A stretch of DNA of 32,000 nucleotides from Bacillus subtilis subsp. subtilis str. 168 (lineage in GTDB: Bacteria > Bacillota > Bacilli > Bacillales > Bacillaceae): NCBI RefSeq assembly GCF_000009045.1, contig NC_000964.3, positions 420,001 to 452,000 of the forward strand. The letters run 5' to 3'. A program made the position numbers and the translations under genes. Shown here piece after piece: positions 16,036-28,460 of this stretch (position 1 is the stretch's first letter; each line of letters starts with the position of its first letter). Below the pieces are notes generated by a model. That model did no database searches, was not told the origin of the DNA, and worked only from the letters and a program-made list of their open reading frames with translations.

Positions 16036-17454
16036 TCAGCGTGCCGGCTGCTGTTCGGCAGGGCGCTGAGGTTTCTTTAATGTGAATGAGAGAAGGAAGC
16101 CGACAAGTGCAATGACGGCAGCCACTATAAAAGCGGCGTTCATGCCGTGCAGGGCGGCGTGCTTCACATTTGTCGTGCCTGCATGTGCCGCCTGGTTGCT
16201 CATCACGGAAACCAATAGTGCGGTTCCGATCGAGCCGCCGACTTGGCGAATCGTGTTGTTCATCGCAGTTCCGTGCGGAATCAAGTGGCGCGGCAGCGCA
16301 TTGATTCCGGCTGTTGTCACCGGCATCATGATCATGGCGGTGCCTAAGAGACGAACGGTGTATAAAACGACAATCCAAGCGAGTGACGTATGGTCAGTCA
16401 GCTGCATAAACGGCAGAGATGTCAGGAAGATGATGCAGAAACCGGCAATCGCCAGCCCTCTTCCGCCGACACGGTCAAAAATTCTGCCGATAATCGGCGA
16501 CATAAAGCCCATCACAACGGCTCCCGGCAGGAGCATAAGCCCTGTATCAAAAGCTGTGACGTCTCTGACATTTTGTGTATAAAGCGGCAGGATGGTTTCC
16601 GTACCGATCAATAATGCAAAGACGAGGGTTCCCAGCAGTGTTGTTAAGCTGAAAACGCCAAACGTGAAGACGCGGAATTCCAGCATCGGTTTTTTAAGCT
16701 TCATTTGTCTTGTGATAAACAAGAGCAGCGCGATGACACCCACCAGCAGTGAAATCAAGACGGTTGAACTGGACCAGCCATAAGAGCCGACGCTTGAGAA
16801 GCCGTACAGAAGGCCGCCGAACCCAAATGTTGAAAGGATGACTGATAAAATATCAATCTGTGTTTTTCTTAAAGTCGTCACGTTTTTCATCAGGATGCTG
16901 GCAAGAATCAAATCAATCACAGCAAACGGAAGAATAATATAAAACAATGATCTCCAAGAGAAAGCTTCGACAGCCCATCCGGAAAGAGTCGGTCCGATCG
17001 CAGGCGCGAATGAGATGACCAATCCGACCATACCCATAGCCTGGCCGCGCTTTTCAATCGGAAAGATTGTCAGGAATACAGTCTGCATGAGCGGCATCAT
17101 AATGCCGGCTCCAGCCGCTTGAATGATACGCGCTGTCAGCAGAACCGGGAAGTTCGGCGCGAACGCTCCGACGACTGTTCCGGCAGTGAAAATGCTCATT
17201 GCTGTGATGAGCAGCGCCCGGCTTGTGAATTTCTCAATTAAAAACGCGGTAATCGGAATTAAAATCCCGTTGGTTAACATAAATGATGTTGTCAGCCATT
17301 GTGCTTGGTTGGCATCGACATTGAAATCCCTCATGATATGGGGAAGTGCAGTAATCAACAATGTCTGGTTCAAAATCGCCACAAACGCTCCGGCTAACAA
17401 AATGCCGACAATGACAGAACGGTTAAAAGGTTTTTGTTCAATACTTGTGTTCAA
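16036..17454 (-). CDS. ycnB: MFS drug/H+ antiporter, 14-TM (EmrB/QacA-like)
   Basis: 472-aa, highly hydrophobic ORF. Its length and TM pattern fit DHA2-type MFS exporters. It lies 19 nt downstream of a TetR-family regulator gene. Confidence 0.88.
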   Translation of the reverse strand: MNTSIEQKPFNRSVIVGILLAGAFVAILNQTLLITALPHIMRDFNVDANQAQWLTTSFMLTNGILIPITAFLIEKFTSRALLITAMSIFTAGTVVGAFAPNFPVLLTARIIQAAGAGIMMPLMQTVFLTIFPIEKRGQAMGMVGLVISFAPAIGPTLSGWAVEAFSWRSLFYIILPFAVIDLILASILMKNVTTLRKTQIDILSVILSTFGFGGLLYGFSSVGSYGWSSSTVLISLLVGVIALLLFITRQMKLKKPMLEFRVFTFGVFSLTTLLGTLVFALLIGTETILPLYTQNVRDVTAFDTGLMLLPGAVVMGFMSPIIGRIFDRVGGRGLAIAGFCIIFLTSLPFMQLTDHTSLAWIVVLYTVRLLGTAMIMMPVTTAGINALPRHLIPHGTAMNNTIRQVGGSIGTALLVSVMSNQAAHAGTTNVKHAALHGMNAAFIVAAVIALVGFLLSFTLKKPQRPAEQQPAR

Positions 17455-17473
17455 TACATATCCCTTCTTTTCT

Positions 17474-18352
17474 CTAAGTAATTAACAGTGTTTTTAACAT
17501 GGAAACGGGCTGTGTTAAAACACCGGTTTGTTCCAGATAGCCAATCAGTGATTTGAGTAAAAAAGCGCGGGGTTCTTCCTTCTTCGCTTCTTCCTCCAGC
17601 ATAGCGGCTGCGGATGTCAGTTCATCTACGTCATAGTCCGCGGCGGACAGGGAAGAGATGCCTTTATGTAATTCCTTCAGGCTTTCCGATAATAGGACTG
17701 ATTTATCCTTTGGCTTGTAGGAGGATGCTGAATGAATATAAAGCTCGATGGCTTCGGGCGGAAGAAGAGACTGGCGGGTTTCCCTGTTTTTGATAATCTG
17801 ATTGAGGGTGCTGATGATAAACTCTGCGATCGGGTCAAGCTCAAGCGGTTTTTCCTCGATTTTGATCAGCATTAAAAACTCACGCATCATGCCGTGAAGA
17901 ATGATAACCAAATCCCACACAAACGGGAGAATGGTTTCTCCATACGCCTGGATCAGCGAATCGCGGTGCCAGCAGATAATCGTCGATCTGGTCTGATGGA
18001 TATGCTGTTTGACCCGGTCATTGTGCAGCTTGGGGTTTCCGTAGGTCAGCATATTGAAAAACTGCTGATTCCGCCTGAAGCCCTCCAGTTCCATTTTGAC
18101 CTTTTGCGTCAAACGCTCCTCCGGTGTAAGTGCTGTATTTTCCTGAAGTCTTGAGGCCGCGGCCACCATTTGCTTCTGGTTAAATGACAGCAGCTCCAAA
18201 AGCAGATCTTCTTTAGATTGGAACAGCTTATATATCGAAGCTTTTGACATCTTACATTCTTCTGCGATCGCCTGCATGGAAACCGACGTAAAATCCTTTT
18301 CCGAAAAAAGCTTTCGCGCGGCTAACAAGATATCTGTTTTTTTATCAAGCAT
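17474..18352 (-). CDS. ycnC: TetR-family transcriptional regulator
   Basis: The track ORF 17474..18583 is over-extended into the ycnD terminator region. The ATG at 18352 after SD AAGGAAG gives [44 protein letters not shown], a typical TetR N-terminal HTH (292 aa). Confidence 0.88.
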
Positions 18353-18388
18353 CTCATGGCTTCCTTCTTTCTTGAACATTAGAAAACC

Positions 18389-18411
18389 CATTGGTTCACA
18401 GAAAACCAATG
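18389..18411. promoter_or_regulatory. Candidate TetR (YcnC) operator
   Basis: Perfect 8-bp inverted repeat CATTGGTT - N7 - AACCAATG, located between the ycnC promoter -10 and the ycnC start codon. Confidence 0.5.
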
Positions 18412-18426
18412 AGTAACAATGAAAAA

Positions 18427-18456
18427 ATTTTACCAGATAAACAAAATAGAAGTCAA
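18427..18456 (-). promoter_or_regulatory. Sigma-A promoter of ycnC-ycnB
   Basis: On the minus strand, -35 TTGACT (18451..18456), an 18-nt spacer, then -10 TAAAAT (18427..18432). Confidence 0.6.
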
Positions 18457-18472
18457 TGGATTTTAACCGGGT

Positions 18473-18505
18473 AAATGAAAGGCCTGCCGGAAAATCCGAC
18501 AGGCC
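18473..18505 (-). terminator. Intrinsic terminator after ycnD (minus strand)
   Basis: GGCCTGCCGG AAAAT CCGACAGGCC hairpin (18481..18505). On the minus strand it is followed by TTTCATTT. Confidence 0.7.
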
Positions 18506-18515
18506 GAATAAGAGC

Positions 18516-19265
18516 TTATTTTTCAACTTTAAATCCTTGTTTTTCAAGCATTTCACGGATGTGCGGATAGTACAGGCGCTCATAGTAGGAAGCGATGCTC
18601 TGTGACCAGTTTCTTGTTTCTTTTCCGTTTGTCCGTTTATTCATGTATTCAGACATCTGTTCGTCGTATGCCTGAATGTGAGACGTCAGCTCATCCTGAT
18701 TCAAATAAGTTTCCTGATGATTGACAGCTTCCTGCGGCAAGCGCGGTTTTTTCGCTGAACGGTCGGCAGGATGCCCAATGACAAGGCCGGATAAAGGGAA
18801 CACGTATTTCGGAAGCTCAAGCAGTTCGATCAGCTCTTGAGGGTTTCCGCGAACTGCACCGATCGGAACTGTGCCAAGTCCGAGTGACTCAGCCGCTGCT
18901 GTTGCTGTGCCGAGGGCAATACCAGCGTCTACTGCGCCGACAAGAACAGATTCCAATCCATTTGTGATTTCCATTTTGAAATCATGCAGATCTTCAAGCG
19001 CAATTTTGGCCCGGTTAAAATCTGCGCAGAACAGCAGGAAAACAGGAGCTTGATCGATCCATGGCTGGCCGCCTGCCAGCTCGGAGATTTTCTTTTTGCG
19101 CTCTTTATCCTGGACTGTGATCACAGTCACTTGCTGTCCGTTGATAGAAGAAGGGGCTGATTGCACCGCTTCAATGATTTGGTCCAATTGCTCCTGAGCT
19201 ACAGGCTCATCTGTGTAGCTGCGAATCGAGCGGTGGTCTGTTAAAGATTTAATCACTTCATTCAT
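18516..19265 (-). CDS. ycnD: NAD(P)H-dependent FMN reductase / nitroreductase (NfrA/Frp family)
   Basis: The track ORF is over-extended to 19313. The ATG at 19265 after SD GGAAGGGTG gives [21 protein letters not shown]..., the conserved nitroreductase N-terminus (249 aa). Confidence 0.9.
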
Positions 19266-19281
19266 ATGAGACACCCTTCCT

Positions 19282-19569
19282 TTACTCGCTAAGCTCTGTG
19301 CGGACAACATCAAGAGGAGCGCTCAGCAGTTCTTTTCCTTTTGCGACAAACCCTTGGAAATGCGCAGTTTCGTTATGGAATTTCATTGCCGCTTCATCTT
19401 TCCATTTTTCAAGCATGACAAATGTATTTTCTTCGCCTACTTTTTCGAATAGGTCGTATTGCGCGTTGCCTTCCTCAGCTCTTGAATGCTGAACAAGTGA
19501 TTGAGCCTCGCTCAAAAATTCCTCGCGTTTTTCTGGTTTTACTTTGATGTAAGCTTGTAATACGATCAT
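19282..19569 (-). CDS. ycnE: ABM-domain (antibiotic biosynthesis monooxygenase-like) protein
   Basis: 95-aa ORF. SD GGAGGAG lies upstream. It has the ferredoxin-like ABM pattern (MIVLQAYIKVKPEKREEF...MLEKWKDEAAMKFH) and lies 16 nt upstream of ycnD. Confidence 0.85.
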   Translation of the reverse strand: MIVLQAYIKVKPEKREEFLSEAQSLVQHSRAEEGNAQYDLFEKVGEENTFVMLEKWKDEAAMKFHNETAHFQGFVAKGKELLSAPLDVVRTELSE

Positions 19570-19601
19570 GTAAATCTCCTCCGTCGTTATGCGAATTTAT
19601 T

Positions 19602-19650
19602 GTTCGAATTTCATCGAACTAAATGTAACATGTATTCTAAATGAGGTAAA
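19602..19650 (-). promoter_or_regulatory. Candidate ycnE promoter with a downstream palindromic operator
   Basis: On the minus strand, -35 TTTACC (19645..19650), a 17-nt spacer, then -10 TACATT (19622..19627). A perfect inverted repeat GTTCGA-N6-TCGAAC (19602..19619) lies just downstream of the -10. Confidence 0.4.
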
Positions 19651-19708
19651 GGAAAAACCCTTATATAGTAAAATTGTCATTCTAATTGTTGTATGATACA
19701 TTTGTGTC

Positions 19709-20023
19709 ATGAACATTCCAAACCATCCAGAAACAGAAACATTGCAGCTGACAAAGGTTCTTCATGCACTTAGTGATCCGCTTCGTTTAGAGCTCGTCAA
19801 GCAATTAGCTGAAGCAAAAGAAAAAACGTGCAGCACCTGTGCAGATGTGCAGGTTGCCAAATCGACTTTGTCGCATCATTTTAAAGTTTTGAGAGAATCA
19901 GGCATCGCTCAAGTTCGGATAGAAGGAAAGCGCCGGTATTATTCGCTTCGCGCTGAAGACCTTGAAAAGGCATTTCCGGGACTGCTTGAAGCCGTGCTGA
20001 ATGTAGACCAGGACCGCTGGTGA
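19709..20023 (+). CDS. yczG: ArsR/SmtB-family winged-helix transcriptional regulator
   Basis: 104-aa ORF with the motif [16 protein letters not shown] followed by an HTH ([18 protein letters not shown]). It is divergent from ycnED. No SD is seen upstream of the only in-frame ATG. Confidence 0.85.
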
Positions 20024-20024
20024 A

Positions 20025-21524
<1,500 letters not shown>

Positions 21525-21570
21525 AAGAGAAGTCAGAATGATAAGAAAATACCGACAGGGGGATATTCAC

Positions 21571-22881
21571 ATGAGTCAAACAACAGCAAGCATCACAACT
21601 GCACAATGGCAGCAAAAACGGGATCAATTTGTGTCAAAAGGTGTGAGCAACGGCAACCGCAGTCTGGCGGTCAAAGGAGAAGGGGCCGAGCTGTACGATC
21701 TGGATGGCCGGAGATTTATTGATTTTGCAGGCGCCATCGGCACGTTAAATGTCGGACACTCGCATCCGAAGGTGGTTGAGGCTGTGAAGCGGCAGGCGGA
21801 GGAGCTGATTCATCCTGGTTTTAATGTCATGATGTACCCGACTTATATCGAATTAGCAGAAAAACTGTGCGGCATCGCGCCGGGCAGCCATGAGAAAAAA
21901 GCGATTTTTCTTAACTCAGGGGCAGAAGCGGTCGAAAACGCTGTGAAAATCGCCAGAAAGTATACAAAGCGCCAAGGCGTTGTCTCGTTTACACGCGGGT
22001 TTCACGGGCGCACGAATATGACGATGAGCATGACAAGCAAGGTAAAACCTTATAAATTCGGTTTCGGGCCTTTTGCGCCAGAGGTTTATCAAGCGCCGTT
22101 CCCTTATTATTATCAGAAGCCGGCCGGCATGAGTGATGAAAGCTATGACGATATGGTCATTCAAGCATTCAATGATTTCTTTATCGCTTCAGTGGCGCCT
22201 GAAACGGTGGCGTGTGTCGTGATGGAGCCAGTGCAGGGAGAAGGCGGATTTATTATTCCTTCGAAACGGTTCGTACAGCACGTCGCTTCATTCTGCAAAG
22301 AACACGGCATTGTTTTTGTTGCTGATGAAATCCAAACCGGCTTTGCCAGAACTGGCACTTATTTCGCAATTGAGCACTTTGATGTAGTGCCCGATCTGAT
22401 CACGGTTTCTAAATCGCTTGCGGCAGGCCTGCCATTAAGCGGTGTGATCGGGCGTGCGGAAATGCTTGATGCGGCAGCGCCAGGGGAGCTGGGCGGCACG
22501 TATGCCGGCAGCCCGCTCGGCTGCGCGGCGGCTTTGGCAGTCTTGGATATTATCGAAGAAGAAGGACTGAATGAGCGATCTGAAGAAATTGGCAAAATCA
22601 TTGAAGACAAGGCGTATGAGTGGAAACAAGAATTCCCGTTCATCGGTGACATCCGCAGACTCGGGGCGATGGCCGCAATCGAAATCGTCAAGGATCCTGA
22701 CACGCGTGAGCCTGATAAGACAAAAGCAGCAGCGATCGCGGCCTATGCGAATCAAAACGGATTACTTTTGCTGACAGCGGGAATTAACGGTAATATCATC
22801 CGCTTTTTGACACCGCTCGTCATCTCAGACAGCCTATTAAATGAAGGGCTCAGCATCTTGGAGGCGGGCCTGCGAGCTTAA
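21571..22881 (+). CDS. gabT: 4-aminobutyrate (GABA) aminotransferase, class III PLP enzyme
   Basis: The track ORF is over-extended from 21538. The ATG at 21571 after SD CAGGGGGA gives [20 protein letters not shown]... (436 aa). Motifs include [11 protein letters not shown] and the PLP lysine in TVSKSLAAG. Confidence 0.93.
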
Positions 22882-22949
22882 TCATTGGAAAGAAAATGGC
22901 CGGGTCTGCTATCATTTTAAGTAATCATGAAAAGAAAGGAATGTTCAAT

Positions 22950-24338
22950 ATGCCAGATCAATTAACGGTCTACAACCCGGCTACGGGCGAGGAGATCAAA
23001 ACGATTCCTCAGCAATCAGCCACAGAGGTAGAAGAAGCCATTGAACGTTCACATCAAGCGTTTAAAACGTGGTCTAAAACATCAGCGAACGAAAGAACGT
23101 CTCTTTTGAAAAAATGGTATGAGCTGATTGTTGAACATAAAGAAGAGCTTGCAGATTTAATTACAAAGGAAAACGGAAAACCATACCAGGAAGCAGTCGG
23201 CGAGGTACTTTACGGCGCAGGCTATATCGAATGGTTCGCAGAGGAAGCGAAGCGTGTGTACGGAAGAACGGTCCCGGCCCCGACAACTGGTAAACGAATT
23301 GTTGTCACACGCCAGCCGGTCGGCCCCGTTGCTGCTATCACGCCCTGGAATTTCCCGAATGCGATGATTACACGCAAAGCGGCGCCTGCTCTTGCCGCCG
23401 GCTGTACATTTATCATCAAGCCGGCGCCGGACACACCGCTGTCTGCTTATGAACTAGCGCGCCTCGCATATGAAGCGGGCATTCCGAAGGATGTTCTTCA
23501 GGTTGTGATCGGCGATGGAGAAGAAATCGGAAATGTGTTCACAAGCAGTCCGAAAATCCGCAAAATCACGTTCACAGGCTCAACACCTGTAGGGAAAATC
23601 CTTATGAAAAACAGCGCTGACACCGTAAAGCACGTCTCAATGGAGCTCGGCGGACACGCCCCGCTGATCGTAGATGAAGATGCGGACATTGACCTTGCCG
23701 TTGAACAGGCGATGGCGTCCAAATACCGAAACGCCGGCCAAACCTGCGTATGTGCCAACCGCCTGATCGTTCATGAATCCATTAAAGATGAATTTGCTGC
23801 GAAACTGAGCGAGCAAGTGTCTAAGCTGAAAGTCGGAAATGGACTTGAGGAAGGCGTCAATGTCGGCCCGATTATCAACAAACGAGGCTTCGAAAAAATC
23901 GTCAGCCAAATAGATGATGCGGTTGAAAAAGGCGCGAAAGTGATTGCTGGGGGCACATATGACCGAAACGATGACAAAGGGTGCTACTTTGTGAATCCGA
24001 CAGTGCTCACCGATGTCGATACGTCCATGAACATCATGCATGAGGAAACATTCGGCCCGGTCGCCCCGATCGTCACGTTTTCTGATATTGATGAAGCGAT
24101 TCAGCTTGCCAACGATACACCGTATGGCTTGGCTGCTTACTTCTTCACAGAAAACTACCGCCGCGGCATCTATATTTCCGAGAATCTAGAGTATGGCATT
24201 ATCGGCTGGAATGACGGCGGACCGTCAGCGGTTCAAGCGCCATTCGGCGGAATGAAAGAAAGCGGCATCGGCCGTGAAGGCGGTTCAGAAGGTATCGAGC
24301 CGTACCTTGAAACAAAATATTTGTCCATCGGTTTATAA
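22950..24338 (+). CDS. gabD: Succinate-semialdehyde dehydrogenase (NAD(P)+)
   Basis: The track ORF is over-extended from 22896. The ATG at 22950 lies 9 nt after SD AAAGGA and gives [17 protein letters not shown]... (462 aa). ALDH motifs are MELGGHAP and the catalytic Cys in GQTCVCANR. Confidence 0.93.
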
Positions 24339-24355
24339 AAGAATGCACGCTCCTG

Positions 24356-24386
24356 AGAGCTGCCGGATTTTCCGGCAGCTCTTTTT
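24356..24386 (+). terminator. Intrinsic terminator after gabD
   Basis: AGAGCTGCCGGA TTT TCCGGCAGCTCT (12-bp stem) followed by a T-run. Confidence 0.9.
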
Positions 24387-24396
24387 GTGTTCCGGC

Positions 24397-24425
24397 GAAT
24401 AATCACAACAATTCCAGCCAAAATA
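24397..24425 (+). promoter_or_regulatory. Sigma-G-type forespore promoter of glcU-gdh
   Basis: GAATA (24397..24401), a 17-nt spacer, then CAAAATA (24419..24425). This fits the sigma-G pattern -35 GnATa / -10 CAnnnTA. gdh is a classic forespore-expressed gene. Confidence 0.6.
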
Positions 24426-24460
24426 ACAGCAAATACATTTTGAAAGAAGGTTCCCCAACA

Positions 24461-26129
<1,669 letters not shown>

Positions 26130-26133
26130 ACAT

Positions 26134-26172
26134 AAAAAGCGACCCAGACATGACATCTGGATCGCTTTCTTT
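26134..26172. terminator. Bidirectional intrinsic terminator between gdh and ycnI
   Basis: AAAAAGCGACCCAGA CATGACA TCTGGATCGCTTTCTTT hairpin between convergent genes. Confidence 0.8.
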
Positions 26173-26173
26173 A

Positions 26174-26788
26174 TTAGGCACGCTTTTTCTTTACAAGTGC
26201 TGCTACAGATAAAATAATGGCAGCCGCAGACAGCACCATCGCTGTAATGTCTAGAGCTGAAGAACCTGAGTTTTCGGAATCGTCTTCTGTTTTCGTGGCG
26301 CCGTGCTCATCTGTCACTTGCTTTGCAGACGTGATGTTTGTAATGGAATGAGGTGTATCGGCATCCTCGTCACCTGTCCACTCAACAATGCTGCCGTCTT
26401 TGTAATATTGGTATGCGTCCCAAGCAGCTTCCTCCGCTTTGTCAGGGTTTTTGGCAACAAAGGTAAACTGCTGGAACTGGCCTTCCTGAATGCCTCCGTC
26501 AGTCGCCTCCCATGTCACGGATACTGATTTGTCATCATGTTTTTGAGTGGAAACCTTCCAGCCCGGAATTGGCTCATATTGCTGGAATTCAACATCCTTC
26601 GGCATTTTGAGGACAACCTTCGTTGTCGGCAGATTTTTCTCAGAAGGAACCTTCATTGTATACGTTTCCCAAGAGCCTGCAGCAGACTCAGCCGGTTTTA
26701 CAGAAACATGCGCGCTGGCAGGGGCCGTAAAGAATAAGAGGGAGCCGACAATAGCCGGACATAGTGTCAATGCGATTTTTTTCAACAA
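26174..26788 (-). CDS. ycnI: Membrane-anchored extracytoplasmic copper-binding protein (DUF1775/YcnI family)
   Basis: The track start GTG 26797 overlaps the SD AAGGAG itself. The TTG at 26788, 8 nt after the SD, is the better start (204 aa). The signal peptide ends ...APASA and is followed by HVSVKP. There is a C-terminal TM anchor plus KKKRA. Confidence 0.85.
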   Translation of the reverse strand: MLKKIALTLCPAIVGSLLFFTAPASAHVSVKPAESAAGSWETYTMKVPSEKNLPTTKVVLKMPKDVEFQQYEPIPGWKVSTQKHDDKSVSVTWEATDGGIQEGQFQQFTFVAKNPDKAEEAAWDAYQYYKDGSIVEWTGDEDADTPHSITNITSAKQVTDEHGATKTEDDSENSGSSALDITAMVLSAAAIILSVAALVKKKRA

Positions 26789-26800
26789 CGTAAACACTCC

Positions 26801-28426
26801 TTAATTGGTCTTTGTAAACATGATATTGATTTCGTTAAAGTCGCCGGTCAGGCCGTGGACTTTGATCTTCCAGTTTCCTTTTTCATTAATCGACAGGTTT
26901 TGATCTTGGAAGACGCCTTTTGTTTTTTCTTTTAATGTAAAGGTGCTTTTGTTTTCGCTGCCTGACAGGCCTGTTTTATAAACGGTTAACGTGATTTGCT
27001 GGATGTTTTTCACGGGATCACCGTTATGGTCGGTGACCCGCAGCTCAAAAACATTTTTTCCAGGCTGGTTTGGGCTGATGCTGAGAGAAACGCTTTGTCC
27101 GTTCTCTATCGCTTTGGTTTGGTAGAACGGTTCCGGCGCTGGCTCAGGCGGGCTTGGCAGGCTTGTAAACACGGCCGCTGTGATCAATACAGCGATGCCG
27201 ATTGCCCACTCCGCTTTCAACGTTCGGCTGATTCCTGTGCGGCGCTGCTTTCTGGTAAGCAGAAAATGAATTGCGCCTAAGACCAGCATGAAAACAAACA
27301 GCCCGCTTTTCACTAAAAGAGCTTGTCCGTACGCTGTATGGAACAGTGAATCCATTGAACGAATGATGAAAAATCCATTGAGCAAGCCTGAAAACAAAAT
27401 GACGCCGACTGCAGTGAGCGCCCATGGGGAGAACCGTCTGACCGTCTCCCACGCGAGCGTTTTGTCAGGCTGCCTCCATTCTTTTGAGAGCAGCAAAACG
27501 AGTGCCGCTATTCCGCCGACCCAGATGGAAGCGGAAGTTAAATGAAGGAAATCCATCAAAATGCCGACCGTTTTTTCTTCAACGACAGCAGCATGCCCGG
27601 TAAACGCCTTGGCAAGCAGGAGACCGAAAAAGAAAATGAGCGGCGCTGTCCAATAGCCAAAGGATGAAAAGCGGTTTTTCCGTATCGCAGGGATGACAGA
27701 CAGTGCGAGCAGCACGAACAGCGCAGCCTGTATGATCCAAATGGAGCCGCCTGCTGTCTCAAACAGTGTTTCTCTGATGTAGCCCGGCTGGAATGCGCTG
27801 CCCCAGCCGCCGCCTGCGTTCGCTTTTGTCTGAATCGGAAGCTGAAGCAAAAGCGCCAGCCCCAATGCTGCGATCGAGCCGGTCAGGATACGTCTCGTCC
27901 GTTTGACGAGCTGTTCTGATTTCCCTTTATACCAGAAAAGATGGAAGAAAACCGTTCCGATAAACAGAGATAAGGCTGTATACAGAATCGCGCGATCTGC
28001 TGCTGTTCCCGGATTCAGCGCTGAATCGGCTGCTTTTTGGCTGCTGAATCCGCCATCCGCTTTCCCGATACTGAACGGAATGACGCCGGAAACAGGATGT
28101 CCATCCGCGGATACGGCATTCCATTCCGCTCTGTACACATCTTTAGGCAGATTCTTCTTCAGCTTCACTGTCATGATGTGATGATTATCTTTTTTGATTT
28201 CAGTCTTGTCCGTATCCACACGGTCGCCGTTTGAATTATAGACTTTAATGTAATGAAACCCTTCTTCAACCGGTTCATTAAATTCGATTTCCACCTGCGC
28301 AGGGGCGCTTTTTAATTCGCTGTTTTCCCCAGGTGAAGATTTGACAATATAGGCGTGAGCAAAGCTTGTTTTCGGCAGGAAAACAAGAAAAAGCAGAAGG
28401 ATGATCCACCATCTGTTTCGCTTCAT
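26801..28426 (-). CDS. ycnJ: Copper import protein, CopC-CopD fusion with a C-terminal YtkA-like domain
   Basis: 541 aa from the ATG at 28426 (the track begins one codon earlier, at GTG 28429). The signal peptide ends ...TSFA and is followed by HAYIV, a CopC-type start. The protein has a central CopD-like multi-TM region and a soluble C-terminal beta-rich domain. Confidence 0.9.
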   Translation of the reverse strand: MKRNRWWIILLLFLVFLPKTSFAHAYIVKSSPGENSELKSAPAQVEIEFNEPVEEGFHYIKVYNSNGDRVDTDKTEIKKDNHHIMTVKLKKNLPKDVYRAEWNAVSADGHPVSGVIPFSIGKADGGFSSQKAADSALNPGTAADRAILYTALSLFIGTVFFHLFWYKGKSEQLVKRTRRILTGSIAALGLALLLQLPIQTKANAGGGWGSAFQPGYIRETLFETAGGSIWIIQAALFVLLALSVIPAIRKNRFSSFGYWTAPLIFFFGLLLAKAFTGHAAVVEEKTVGILMDFLHLTSASIWVGGIAALVLLLSKEWRQPDKTLAWETVRRFSPWALTAVGVILFSGLLNGFFIIRSMDSLFHTAYGQALLVKSGLFVFMLVLGAIHFLLTRKQRRTGISRTLKAEWAIGIAVLITAAVFTSLPSPPEPAPEPFYQTKAIENGQSVSLSISPNQPGKNVFELRVTDHNGDPVKNIQQITLTVYKTGLSGSENKSTFTLKEKTKGVFQDQNLSINEKGNWKIKVHGLTGDFNEINIMFTKTN

Positions 28427-28460
28427 CACTCAGACACCACCTTCCGCTGTATGTGTTGTG

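Noticed and set aside
16082-16582. 166-aa plus-strand ORF and 160-aa alternative-frame minus ORF (15896..16378) inside or overlapping ycnB
   Set aside because: Both are nested in a confidently identified MFS transporter gene. Their Arg/Ala/Cys-rich translations are typical of off-frame readings of a hydrophobic GC-richer gene, and there are no start signals.
18353-18583. N-terminal 77-codon extension of the ycnC track ORF, overlapping the 3' end of ycnD
   Set aside because: It crosses the ycnD terminator hairpin, the ycnC promoter and the palindromic operator. The TetR HTH starts right after the ATG at 18352, which has its own SD.
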